From contig OX597823.1 of assembly GCA_951406725.2 (NCBI GenBank), forward strand, positions 114,390,001 to 114,454,000: a stretch of 64,000 nt of DNA, written 5' to 3'. The first letter of the stretch is position 1. The number at the start of each line of letters is the position of its first letter. This document shows positions 43,071 to 55,859 of the stretch, in pieces. The stretch comes from Octopus vulgaris. Taxonomy: Eukaryota. The position numbers and the translations under genes were made by a program. The notes under the pieces were generated by a model. That model saw nothing but the letters and a program-made list of their open reading frames with translations, searched no databases and was not told where the DNA came from.

Positions 43071-43717
43071 AAACGAATGTTATATTGGTCATACAGAGAA
43101 AACTTTCAGTCTACGTATCTTTAAACATCATGACTTCCATGAATCCACAATGGTGTTCTGTAGTGCAAGTTGACTCTGATTCAGCCAAGGTTATTGCATT
43201 TCGATTTCATTCATATAATATATCAAGGCTCACATCATCCACTCTACCTTTTCTTATGCAACCTTTATTCTTGACTCGTTCGTCCCACAATGTTGCTACA
43301 TACTCCATTTAGTTGGCATTCATTTGCGTTCTTACATGAAGAAACAGCTTCAAAGGTAGGTTTGTGTCTATGGGAGAACATTCTCATAGCTGGAGTGCTG
43401 CAATATATAAACTTAAATGCGTCAGCTGAAAAACTTCCCTGTTTTTAGGTGAAACAGTCATCTATTATGTTGATGAGTAAGTGCCTACATTAGCTTTGAC
43501 GTTAGTAAAGAAGTAAGAAGGATGGGTATATATACGTAAAAGACACAATTTTTGCATAGGTCACAACCTTAACGCATGGACATCGGAGCCGGTGTGAAGA
43601 CTTCGAATTACCAACTTGAAATCAAACACATATTGGAACATCTCCCCGCTTTGAACCTAAACATGAGTTCATATATTCTTGCCCTACTACTGATACTACT
43701 ACTACTACTACTACTAC

Positions 43718-43775
<58 letters not shown>

Positions 43776-44228
43776 CTCTTCAGCCAGTCGTCGCGACTTT
43801 GACTGTTCATGGCTTCTGCATGACTTGATGAGCTTTCTTGATACTCATCGTTTTTTTTATTTGGGTTTCCCGTTTATTATGACCAATTCCTTACTACTTC
43901 ATATTCCTATTTGCAGTATCTTTGAATCTCAGTCTAGTTTTCCCACGGTTTATTTTCGCTTTGCATAGTTGAGAAATAAAGAAGTTATCTGAGGAACTGC
44001 TAAAAGTTATCTTCTCGAGTCATACCGACTCACAAGGGCCAATTTCGTATATGTTCCCCACCTGAATGTCACAAAATTACTCATTTTTGCCCGCTGAGTG
44101 GGCTGCAACAACGTGAAATTGAGTGTTTTGCTCAAAACACAACGCTAAGCCATGCGCCTCCACCTGGCAAACAACTACTACTGTAACTACTACTACTACT
44201 ATTACTACTACTTTCTACTTCTATTACC

Positions 44229-44461
44229 TATTTCTTTACTACCCACAAGGGGCTAAACACAGAGAGGACAAACAAGGACAGACAAACGGATTAAGTCGAT
44301 TACATCGACCCTAGTGCGTAACTGGTACTTATTTAATCGACCCCGAAAGGATGAAAGGCAAAGTCGACCTTGGCGGAATTTGAACTCAGAACGAAGCGGA
44401 AGACGAGATACCGCTAAGCATTTCGCCCGGCGCGCTAACGTTTCTGCCAGCTCGCCGCCTT
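44229..44461 (-). mobile_element. SINE family A
   Basis: Near-consensus copy. Confidence 0.9.
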
Positions 44462-45124
44462 AATTACCTTCAACTTCTATTACTTTCAACCCCACCAACA
44501 CAAGCACCACCACCATTACTATCACTAGTACAATAAATAAATGCTTAATCTGAAATCGTACATTGCAACATAAGGTAACAATAGTAGATTAATTTGAAGT
44601 TGATTTTATCCTTTCTCCCGCTAATTTGAATGTGATTTCAGAACTGAAGACAAGTCGCTACTTTGTGGTGAGAGTTGCGAGGCTATACCAACCAGTCTGC
44701 TTTCTATTATGAATAAATGTAAAGTTATGGCGTAAGATTATTTTTTGACATTAAATGAGTTGGACAGACTGTGACGTGAAATAAAGAGCAATGTTTGTGT
44801 AAATGTGTCAGATTCACAGAAATAGTTATTTAGTAATATTTAGTTATACTATAGCTTCTACTTAAGTCTCTGTACGGTGGATACGTAATGATGGGGGTGG
44901 GGAAAACTATTCTATTTTGCATTAGGTTCTGTTGCAGAGTCTATGTTAATTACTTTTGGTATTTAATTTGAAGATTTTTAACTGTGTATTAAAATATCAA
45001 AACATTAGCATTGCACTTTCATGCTTTTTGAAAATTGTAATTTCTGTTGGTTCAATAATTTAAGAATAAATACAAAGAAAATATTTTCTTACACTTCAAG
45101 TGCAAATGTTTAATATTTATATAC

Positions 45125-45161
<37 letters not shown>

Positions 45162-46540
45162 AATATACTTATAAAGTAGATAAATGGTACAACAAGGCAA
45201 CAATATTTACTGGAAAATAGCGATCGACATAAATACGACGTTATTGTATAGCTTCACTGCGTATATACATATATGAATATATATATATTAATATATGCGC
45301 ATATTCATATACATATATATTTATATTCTTATACACACACATACATGTATGTATGTATATATATATATATATATATATACATACACGTATACACATCTTA
45401 TATTTATACACGTATATTTATGTGGATCCTCAAAATTTGAATAGAAAATATTGCTCAAAATGAAAAGTGAAAAGTAACACTAGATTTTTCACTACTTAAT
45501 TTTTTTATTGCAGAAATGTTGGAGATTTATATAAATGTTTTATAATTGAAATAATGTTACATTATTTTGCTCGAGTATTCCGCAATGGAATACGTTAATT
45601 ATTTAGTGGTTAATTAGTTCCATTTGTGAAATTTTTATTTTTATTTCTAAAGAGCTATTTCTGGTAGTTTATGAGCTAACATTTTCACATTTTCAGATAG
45701 TGTAATTAAGAAAATAACTTCCCAATTAAATGGATAGGAGACTAACTAAAACATTGTGAGCGGACATGGTTGACATTAGATCGTCGTATATATGTATATA
45801 CGACGATCTTAATATTAATGTTCTTAATATTAATAATGATGCGCACCCTTAACTTTTCTCTCCCCCTCCCTTTCTCAGCCTTCATTCTTTTGGCTTTCCT
45901 TTTCTTCTACCTTACTGTCTCTCCCTCTCTCTCATTCTTCATTCTTTTCTCTACAACCATTCCCTTTTTTATCTCCCTTTCTCTTACTCCTCCTCCTCCC
46001 TCCCGTCGTTGACCCGCGACGAGAACTTTGCTAGTGTCTCTCTGTCCTGGTTACCTTTAAGTAGAGACGGCACTTTCTGTTGCTCCTTGCCGTTCTCAAA
46101 AAATAGCGTTCGTAAAATATGTTATCTCGTTCGGCTTAACAACTCTTCTTGCTTGTGTTACTGTTATTCTCCTTGTCCTGTCTGTTACTGTTTATATTTT
46201 GTACCGTCGTTACTGTCCTGTTTTTGTTACCATTTTTACCCCTCCGCAAAAAAATCTCAAATTTTATTTAATTTGATTTTCGCGGGAAGGATTGTTTCAA
46301 TAAATCATGTATCGCCTTGACCTTCGAAACGTGGAGTAGATGAAACAAAGGCGACTGAAGAAGGGGAATTTTCCTTGTTTTGTATGTCCTGTACTCTATC
46401 TTTTCGTTGTTTAAGAAAAATGTCCATTTCCTTGGTTTTGTGTTTATGTTTTCGTTTCTCATTGTGTTCGACGTTTTTTTGGTGTCCTGTAGCCATATAT
46501 GCATGTATATATACATGTAGAGTTACATGTATATATTCAG

Positions 46541-48160
46541 AAAATATTCAGAACGGCATTGTTTTCGTCAGAAAAGTAGATATAAGTTTTTATCAAAGTT
46601 GTTTTATATTCTATAATTTTCACAGACAATAAATACGATATTATTTGTTATTGACTGAGATTTTGGTGTAATTTGAGAGGATAATACAAAAGTTATGGAT
46701 GATTTAGTGATTTACTGCAAAACCCAAGGCGGCCAAAATGATCAGAACGGTTGCTTTTACTCTTGTTTTAGTATATTTAACCGGCGAACTCTAATGTTTT
46801 GAACTTGTTTACGTGACGGTTCTTTTACTAAACATTAGTAAGATTATTTGCAGTGTACTTTGTTAGTATAATGCCACTTACTCCATTACCAATTCGTCAG
46901 CAGGTTATTAAGCTTCGAAGGAAGGATAATTTAAGTATTGGATCTATTGCAAAGATTGTTAACAAGTCAAAAAGTGTTGTACACGGTATTTTTAAGGTCT
47001 ACGATAATTGTGGTTCGTGTGAAGCAAGAAAGTTTACAGGTAGGCCAAGAAAAACGACCAAGAGAGAAGATCGTGCTATGGTAAAGTTGGTTAAAAAGGA
47101 CAGATTTAAAACTGCTGATGCTGTTTCTCGGAAAATGAGCATTGTATTGAAGAAAACTTTATCTCGAAAAACTGTGTCTCGTCGTTTAGTTGAACATGAC
47201 CTACAAGCAAGAGAACCTGCAGTGAAGCCACTGATCAGCTCCAAGAATAAAAAGTGTTGTTTTACCTTTGCAACCGAACATGTGCTGTGGCCTCAAGAAA
47301 AATGGCAAACGGTGCATTCCAGTGATGAATCTAAGTTTATGTTATCTGGCTCAGATGGGAGAAGGTACGTTCGTAGAAAAGTAGGTGAAAAATTGTTGCC
47401 TAAATGCCTTAAGACTAGTGTTAAATTCGGTGGAGGAAGTGTCATGGTTTGGGGAATGATATCTGGAGATGGTGTGGACCCTTTGGTGCGATTACATGGA
47501 AAGTTAAATGCAGGAGTTTATAAACAACTTGTAAAAGATCATGTCTTGCCAGTGCTGAGAAATTCAACTAAGCGACCACCCATATTCATGCAGGACAATG
47601 CCCCATGTCACAAGGCTAAGGTGGTCATGAACTTCCTCAAGGCTGAAAAGGTTATTGTTATGGATGGGCCAGCTCAAAGCCCAGATCTCAATCCTATTGA
47701 AAATGTGTGGAATATTCTAAGAGAACGTTCGAAAGCCAGAAATCCTAAAACAACGGAGCAATTATGGAATGCCCTTCAGGAAGAATGGAATAAGATCACC
47801 CAGCAAGAAATTGAAAATTTAATTTCCTCATGCAGTCGAAGATTTCAAAGTGTGATTGAAGCTAAAGGGCTTCACCCTAAATATTAAATAATTTCAGTAT
47901 TCTCTGTCATTTTTGATTATTTTGTTATTTTTTTCAACCGTTCTGATAATTTTGGCCGCCATGGGTTTTGCAGTAAATCACTAAATCATCCATAAGTTTT
48001 GTATTATCCACTTAAATTACACCAAAATCTCAGACAATAACGATTAATATTGTTTTTATTGTCTGTGAAAATTATAGAATATAAAACAACTTTGATAAAA
48101 ACTTATATCTACTTTTCTGACGAAAATAATGCCGTTCTGAACATCTTGGCCGCAACTGTA
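46541..48160 (+). mobile_element. Tc1 DNA transposon with ~215-225 bp IR/DR-type TIRs
   Basis: 46541-46753 is the reverse complement of 47935-48147. The right end reads ...ggccgcaactg+TA (rc TA-CAGTTGCGGCC). The motif ggccaa(a/g)atg(a/t)tcagaacgg recurs at the inner and outer end of the TIR. The left TIR lacks its outermost ~11 bp. Confidence 0.92.
46871..47887 (+). CDS. Tc1-family DD34E transposase, uninterrupted ORF (~338 aa from ATG 46871)
   Basis: N-terminal HTH-like region, GRPRKT motif, catalytic motifs SDESKF, QDNAPCH and SPDLNPIENVW with 34 residues between the second D and E, plus VMVWG. No stops or frameshifts. Confidence 0.95.
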   Translation: MPLTPLPIRQQVIKLRRKDNLSIGSIAKIVNKSKSVVHGIFKVYDNCGSCEARKFTGRPRKTTKREDRAMVKLVKKDRFKTADAVSRKMSIVLKKTLSRKTVSRRLVEHDLQAREPAVKPLISSKNKKCCFTFATEHVLWPQEKWQTVHSSDESKFMLSGSDGRRYVRRKVGEKLLPKCLKTSVKFGGGSVMVWGMISGDGVDPLVRLHGKLNAGVYKQLVKDHVLPVLRNSTKRPPIFMQDNAPCHKAKVVMNFLKAEKVIVMDGPAQSPDLNPIENVWNILRERSKARNPKTTEQLWNALQEEWNKITQQEIENLISSCSRRFQSVIEAKGLHPKY

Positions 48161-49164
48161 GGTATGTACATATATGTATGTATATATTTTTCTTTTTCTT
48201 TTTCTCTAGTTTCAGCTCAGAGCTGCGGCCATGCTGATGCACCGCCGTTTTGTGGTACACTGTTATTACGAAGAACCTCGTCTAATATGTGGCACTTGGT
48301 GAAGAATTTTATTTATTTATTAATTTATAATATATATATATATATATGTATGTATGTATGTATGTATGCATGTATGTATGTTTGTATGTGTCTGTGTATA
48401 AGTAGGTATCAGTATTAATTTCATGCAAATCTGGTGCCACCGCTTGCTATGGGGAGGTTGTCTCCCTTGTCAGTAAATAAAAGAGTGCTTTGTTCTTGGT
48501 CAAAGAATCTTTGACTCTTCCTTAACGCAATGTTGTTGCTGCTCTGCACAGATAGTCACGTTAATCATTATATATATATATATATATATATGTACGTAGT
48601 AATGCACTAAAATTATCTTTTCTATTCTGACTTTATTAACCTAACTTATGAATGTTGTACTGTTTAATGTTTGTTCGTGCAAAACATGGATTTACACAGA
48701 ATATGGTATTTGATTATACAAGTGAAAAGTCATAGGAATTTGAACTCTATTCTGAAAGGTCACCTACCTCTTGTAAGAAAATGCGGTTATATACAAATAT
48801 ATTAATAGAATACAATGAGAAGGGAAAGAGGAACAGAAAAAAGAAAAAAGGAAAATGTTTTGTACTGAAATTTCAATGAGTTGACCACATCAAATTGACT
48901 GTTGCATATGAAGGAGCATAGTCTGTTAAGGTTCTCACCACATCTTCATGGATTTCTGATGGAGTCATGCCTTTCAAATGAAGCTACTTTATGACAGCAC
49001 GATACTCATTTTTCTCCATTTTCCTTGTAACCTCGACACTTGTTCTCCAAGATCTCTCTCTCTCTCTCCTGATCTAAACATCTATCTATGTATCTATCTT
49101 TTTCTTATCCTTTACTTTACTTTTCTTCCTCATACTTCATTGTCATGAAACCTCTCTCTCTCTG

Positions 49165-49197
<33 letters not shown>

Positions 49198-49496
49198 GCC
49201 TATTCCCCTTCTTTTCTCTTCTTTCTATCTTCTCCCTTTTTCAGAAAAAAAAAGAAAGAATTTTCTCCTCATCTAACGAAAGCAAAATCATCCGATTCGT
49301 ATATATGAACAAGGAAACATTCTGTTTTCACCATTCCATCTTGACGAGTAAACAAACTCTTGACGGTAAACAAACGAAAGCGCTAATAAAGAATTATCCA
49401 AAATTCTGACTTCCTTCTTTCACTCAATATACAATATCTGCACACCACTTCTAACACTATATATATGTAACTATACATATATCTCTTTTCGCTTTC

Positions 49497-49623
49497 TTTT
49501 CTCTCTTTTACTTGTTTCAGTCATTTGACTGCGGCTATGCTGGAGCACCACATTTAGTCGAGCAAATCGACCCCAGGACGTAAACACACCAGCATCGGTT
49601 GTCAAGCGATGTTGGGGGGACAA
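49497..49623 (-). mobile_element. SINE family B, partial 3' copy with internal deletion
   Basis: cttgtttcagtcatttgactgcggc...gtcaagcgatgttggggg matches 7513-7690, with a gap. Confidence 0.8.
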
Positions 49624-49639
49624 CATGTATATATATATA

Positions 49640-49838
49640 TCGCCATGATAGATCGTTAGCCACTACACACATTTTTTCTCTCCTTATTTCTCTCCTCGTT
49701 TTTTCTGGGTCCCTTTCTGTAGAAGAGCGTAGGCTCGAAACGTAAAAGACTTTTTCTATTCCTGAGCGTTATACTAATACATTTGTTTATTTTGTACACC
49801 ACCTGTCTTCGTCTTTCGTTTTTTCGTAAACTCTTCCT
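49640..49838 (+). mobile_element. Short hammerhead-bearing repeat abutting (TA)n
   Basis: Contains the 49713 motif. Both ends match the reverse complement of 19001-19101. Confidence 0.65.
49713..49748 (+). ncRNA. Minimal hammerhead-like motif, A6U core variant
   Basis: cttt-CTGTAGA-a-GAGC(gtag)GCTC-GAAAC-GTA-aaag. All helices pair; same geometry as the 15900 motif. Confidence 0.6.
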
Positions 49839-49842
49839 ATAT

Positions 49843-49924
<82 letters not shown>

Positions 49925-49982
49925 ATATGTATGTATTTATGTATATATATATTTATGTATGTATGTATGTATGTATGTATGT

Positions 49983-50050
<68 letters not shown>

Positions 50051-50204
50051 ATGTAAGTATCTATGTACAATATGCATTTGTGTCTTTGTATGTGTTACCT
50101 ATTACCGTTCGAAATCCGATGCTCGTTTCTTTCAGATTCCCGTAACTTAGCGTTTTGAAAAAGAGAGACCTATATAATACGTAATAGACTTTAAAAACAT
50201 AAGT

Positions 50205-50315
50205 ACTGCGCATTATTTACATTATTTACATTAGACGAATATTTTTCCTCATTTTGTTTGTTGTTAAGACAACGTTTTCATAATCATTATCATTATTATT
50301 ATTATTATATTTATA

Positions 50316-50384
<69 letters not shown>

Positions 50385-50425
50385 GTTTTTATTATTATTA
50401 TTATATATTTTTTTTTATCCAGGTC

Positions 50426-50481
<56 letters not shown>

Positions 50482-50666
50482 TGATAATAATGATAATAAT
50501 AATAACATCAAAAATACCTTAGGAATGACAACCCAGGCTCGAAATTTCCCCAAGACGCTTCATGAAGGCTGGTATATCAGCCGAAGCATTATGTTAAAAA
50601 CAAACAAGATGAGGACAATTATCCGTCAAATGTAAATAATGTACATAATTCCTCATCTCTTAAGTA
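50205..50666 (+). mobile_element. Second copy of the same repeat (decayed core, no head), again with an inverted 3' arm
   Basis: 50510-50605 aligns with 15855-15955, and 50600-50666 with the reverse complement of 15555-15640. 50209-50280 is the inverted tail. (TTA)n and (AAT)n lie between. Confidence 0.75.
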
Positions 50667-51609
50667 ATAAGTAGTTCCATTGTTTCGATTAAGCCCCTCA
50701 AGTTAGTGCCCCCCAGCATTGATGCATTCTAATGACTGCAGTTAAAAACAAAATATAAATGATACGGAAAAATCTGCCTCCAAGATTTAAATTAGCACAC
50801 GCAGTGGATTGATTATAGTATTATACCAGACATTGGCAAAATATTTTTTCAACTTCCACAGTCTATTATATCTATTAAAGTGGAAATCGTCTAGATGTGT
50901 TGCGTGAACCGAATGGAGCCCACGAGAAAGTGTTCCGCTCTTTCTAATAAATGTTTTATTGTTTCCCTACGTTTTCCAATGAAATCTGCTAAGTAATCCT
51001 GAATATAATCTCTTACTCAATTTTTCCAATTGCATAGGTAATTTATGGAGACACTACATGGCAGTAGCGAAAGTATACAGTCTATGAACAGAAAACGTAA
51101 AAAGTCGCCATACTCAGAGTAACCTGCGTTAGTTACTACGTCACAAACACTACCACGAGCAGATCTGAGAATTGATATGTTTAAGTCAAGAGGAATTTGA
51201 ATGAAGATTTCTTTTGAATGCTTGTTTTCATTTTCAGAATGACCATTAAACATCTCATAAAAAATTTAAAGACACGTGAATCACTGGCTAATTCTCTCCA
51301 CTAAAACCTAACCGAGATAGATAACCTTGTTGTAATATTGAGTAGTTCACGTATTTAAATAGACAATCACAGATTCGTACTGATATTCAATCGACTATGT
51401 TGGCCACTGAAAGGAAATAGTTCCAAAAATTCAAGTCTTAATAGAAAATACAGTAACACAAATGAGATTTGTATTTTTAAAGTACTTTAAATATTCATAG
51501 AAATGAAGATGAGTTTTTATGTGGATTAAATAGTCTTAGATTTAATGAAATAATCGCATAACATATTAGAATCATTGCACTGAGCTTTAAGAAAAAATTC
51601 AAGAATTCA

Positions 51610-52765
51610 TGTAAGCTATGAAGCAAATGAGATCTAGGACGTCACCAGGCCCAGATAACATCTCCTTCGAACTGTTTAAACTTTGAGGGTTAACCCTCCA
51701 AACCCGCATCTCCATCCCCATTCAAATGTTGGATTCCCAGCATGTTCCTAAAGAACTGAAAGATGCAGTCATAATAACGATCGTCGAAAACGGTGACCGA
51801 TAAGCCTATGAAACGATAGAAGAACATCATCACACTCCATCGCAGGAGAAGTCTCTGCCAGCATCCTTCTTAATTGGCTCCAGATCATCACCGAAATGAT
51901 CTAATCAGAATCATAATGTGGATTACGTGCGTCTCGTAGCACAGTCAACATGATTTTCCGTGCAAGGCAACACGAAGAGAAAAGCAGGGAACAACAAAAT
52001 CCCCACTTAAAAAGGACTTTAAAAAGGACTTTGAACGTATTTCAAAAGTTGTTATATTGGAATTTCCTCATCGTTTTGAATGTACCGACCACATTTATCC
52101 TTTGGGCTCCAAAATGCTTGACAATATGTGAAACACAGAATTGGAGTTGAACACAAGATATTTGGAAATCTAATCAAACGTGTCTTCGAGAACAAAGATC
52201 TCAACTTAACAAGAAAACTTTGCTATATGGCTGCGAATCTCGGACTCTATGTTGAACATCAAATGGGAATACTATTTAACCAAAACAAAGTCCTAGAAAA
52301 AGCCAACCGTCATAGCATCGAATCGCTGATTATGAAACACCGTCTTCGATGGTCAGGACATGTAATCAAGAAGGGGAAAAGTCAAGGTTCCCATGTCAAG
52401 TCTAATTCAGCGAACTGACTTCAGGGAAAAACCACGCGGCTGCTCTCTTCAAAGATACAAAGATACAAGTACCATCTCAACGCAACACAGAAAGCCATTG
52501 GATTTGAGTCTAAATTGTTTGCGACACGACCTCCAGACTGTACTATCTGGTAATGTTCAACCGCCATCGTAACCAAATACTTCGAAGTCACCAGAAGAGA
52601 AAATGAGATAATGAAACGAGAGGAGAGAAAGGCTAGACAAAATCAGCCTCATCCTCCACTCACATTACCATGCAATCAATGTGGCATCGACTTTTCTATA
52701 CAAGAATTGGTCTACTTTAGTCATCAAAACCATCGCTATAGAGGAAACGATCAGCAGAGAAGTAA
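51610..52765 (+). mobile_element. Decayed RTE-clade LINE (RT region and C-terminus)
   Basis: SPGPDNISFELFK, VPKELKDAVIITI, ES*CGLRASRSTVNMIFRARQHEEKSREQQ, SIESLIMKHRLRWSGHV, and a C-terminal CxxC...RIGL..H remnant. Many stops and frameshifts. Confidence 0.85.
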
Positions 52766-52948
52766 TTAAAAACATGTATACGAGACAAAGCGACGAAAAT
52801 ATTTTGACAAATTAAATTTAAATGTTGAAGTGAATCTAACGATTTTTGTGTGTTTCTTAAATGGCTTATAAACACCTTCCACGCTGCAATTGTTTTCGTT
52901 CCAGCACACGATCTCAGATCAAGTCACGCGCTATGCAAGTACAACTCC

Positions 52949-52995
<47 letters not shown>

Positions 52996-53695
52996 ATACA
53001 TACATACATACATATACACACATGCATATACGCATACATACATATACATATACGTATATATTTGTGTGAGTGTGTGTGTATACCGGAAAAGATGGACACG
53101 GACAGACTGATAGACACATGTAGAATTTAAAAGGAAAACTCCCCCAACTAAAGTCTCGGTGTAGTTTAATAATTTGTATTAACAATTTTGACTTTAGTAC
53201 TAGCTATTAATACATGTGCGTGTACGTGTATGTGATTGTGGTTATGTGTGTACCTTTGTTATTTCGTGTGTGATTGTGTCTAAGTGTGATTGTGTCTATG
53301 TGTGACTGCATGTGTTTGAGAATATTTTCTCCGGAAGTGACCTTTGTGAATTCAAAAGTAAATGCGGAGAAAATCTGAAAGAATGTAAGATGCAACAGCA
53401 ATAAATACACCCCCTCCCGGCAACACTTCCGTGGCCACTTTGTTCATGCTTGTTTCGTGCGAGGATTAGCCACGACAGTCATCAGCGCCACCAACATAGA
53501 TGAACCTAACAATGAGGAGGAAACTGAAATTCTCGAACACGTGAAACAGCTGGCGACGGTGATGACGTCTGAGTGTGGATACGTGTGTGTATCTGTGCGT
53601 GCCCGCGCATGTGTGTTTATGAGTGTATGTGTGTGTGTGTGTGTGTGCGTGTATGTGTATATATATGTTTTCGTGCGTGAATGTGTGTGTGTGTG

Positions 53696-53736
<41 letters not shown>

Positions 53737-55610
53737 GTGTGATCTTTCGAATCAGACAAAATGTGAACTTCAGCGAAAATAACAAACAACACAGGCAGCT
53801 TACAACCACCAAAAATGTTACCCACAAGCACCGCTACACTCATGATCACCACCGCAAACACCACCACCACCACCACAACACACCACCACCACAAACATTC
53901 CACCACGAACAGCACCACCATGAACACTACCAACATCATTATCACACCATCTTCAATAATACCAATACTAGATTAAACACCATGACCTATAAAATTACCA
54001 CCGCCACAACCACGATTTTCTACTCCACTACCACCATAACTACTCCCACTATCACCACTACTAGTACTACCAAATCTATCGTCATCATTCCTCTCCCCAC
54101 CCCCCACACGCCATCATTACTGCTACTAGCATTACAAACTACGACCATCACTAGTAGCACTACCTTCACTGCCATCACCGCCATACTCACAACCGTCTCC
54201 ACTACAATCTCCCCTACTATTACCAGCAGACCACCATTTCCACTGGGACAACTATCACAAGCATCACGATCACCAACATCGCCATCAGCATAAGGACACC
54301 AGGGTGAATTTAGTGTCAAGAGGGGAAAAAATAAAAATACCAGCATCTATTGTTGATACCAATATAAAATAAACAAACGGAAAAAATTAAAGAAATACTG
54401 CAACACAAATCAACATAAACACGAAATATAAATAAAGTAATTATATAACACGCTTGTTGAGTGTATAGAATATTTATATATTTAGGGAGAATAACTTCCT
54501 GATAACGGTGGAAAAATTTTCTTTCTTTCTTTCTTTTTTTTCCTTTTTTTCTTTGTCGTAATTTTGGTTTGGGAAAGTTACGGTGATTGTGATGTGAGAG
54601 ATTACTGGCGTTTACTGGAATCTGGTTTGTGTATCTCTTAGATTTATATTTATTTAAACTGACAGCAAATTAGCGATGAGATATCAACCTATTCCGATTT
54701 TACTGTACTGTCATCGTTAGCTGCATGCATATAAAAGTGCAAGTGCTCTGAAAAATGGATCTGCGCATGCGTAGATGCTATCAAAGAACATGTAATTTGA
54801 TACAGACATTGCGTAAATTGATGGCGCCTTAGGCCTACGTAGTTAGATATAATTATTTCTCCTGGCTATTTAAGTATAGCTAATGTACACATACATAAAC
54901 TCACGCACAGATACACATGCACACATAAACATGCACATTCATATGCACATATATACCTTTATAGAAGCATAAATGTATAATTTATGTACAGCTTGCACGT
55001 GCGACTCTCCTTTTATAAAGTATTGACTAGCGATCGCAATTTCAGTAACTACCGACTGTTTCTCGTCCTTCACCATCGAAATACCAGGAAACGAGTTCTT
55101 TTAGCCCACAATTTATCAAACAATCTTCCTTACCGCCCAAGCTGCTAATGCCACGAAACAGGTGCAGATCTAACCACTTACACTTTTGATGCATCCTAAG
55201 AATTTATACTGTGTTCTCGGCTTTGGCCTTTCTTATATTTCTGCTCCATCTCTGATTAAATATTTTAAATTTCACTCTTCAGTCAACATATTGCTCCCCT
55301 GCTGTATTTCCAACGTCCAAAGCCATCTACGTATCTTGTTACGGATCTATGAACTCCGATATTTAAGTGAAGCGGCTTATACAGTAATACTGACTTCATA
55401 ACGTTTTAGATCATTCTTTCCATTTGTCTACGAATTATTAATCAAATAGGAAGTAGCAGACAGTAGAATAAGATAAAGAATTGAACGACAAAGGATTGAA
55501 TTATTTAATTACATCTGTTTACGTTATCATGCTGGAACCTAACTGCATGTACTTTAAGACAAATACCTCACCACAAGAACTGTTATATATGTATATATTT
55601 GAAAAGAAAT

Positions 55611-55843
55611 AAGGCGGTGAGCTGGCAGAAACGTTAGAACGCCGGGCGAAATGCTTAGCGGTATTTCGTCTGCCGCTACGTTCTGAGTTCAAATTCCGTC
55701 GAAGTCGACTTTGCCTTTCATCCATTCGGGGTCGATTAAATAAGTACCAGTTACGCACTAGGGTCTATGTAATCGACTAAATCCGTTTGTCTGTCCTTGT
55801 TTGTCCTCTCTGCGTTTAGCCCCTTGTGGGTAGTAAAGAAATA
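55611..55843 (+). mobile_element. SINE family A with 16-bp TSD
   Basis: atatttgaaaagaaat at 55595-55610 and 55844-55859. Confidence 0.9.
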
Positions 55844-55859
55844 ATATTTGAAAAGAAAT

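Noticed and set aside
43560-43900. Possible RLE-LINE C-terminal fragments on both sides of a (TAC)(TAA) tract
   Set aside because: Similarity too weak to support by eye.
53457-54293. 278-aa ORF with His/Thr-rich tail
   Set aside because: Spans (TG)n and degenerate (CAC/TAC) repeats; no ATG start and no recognisable domain.
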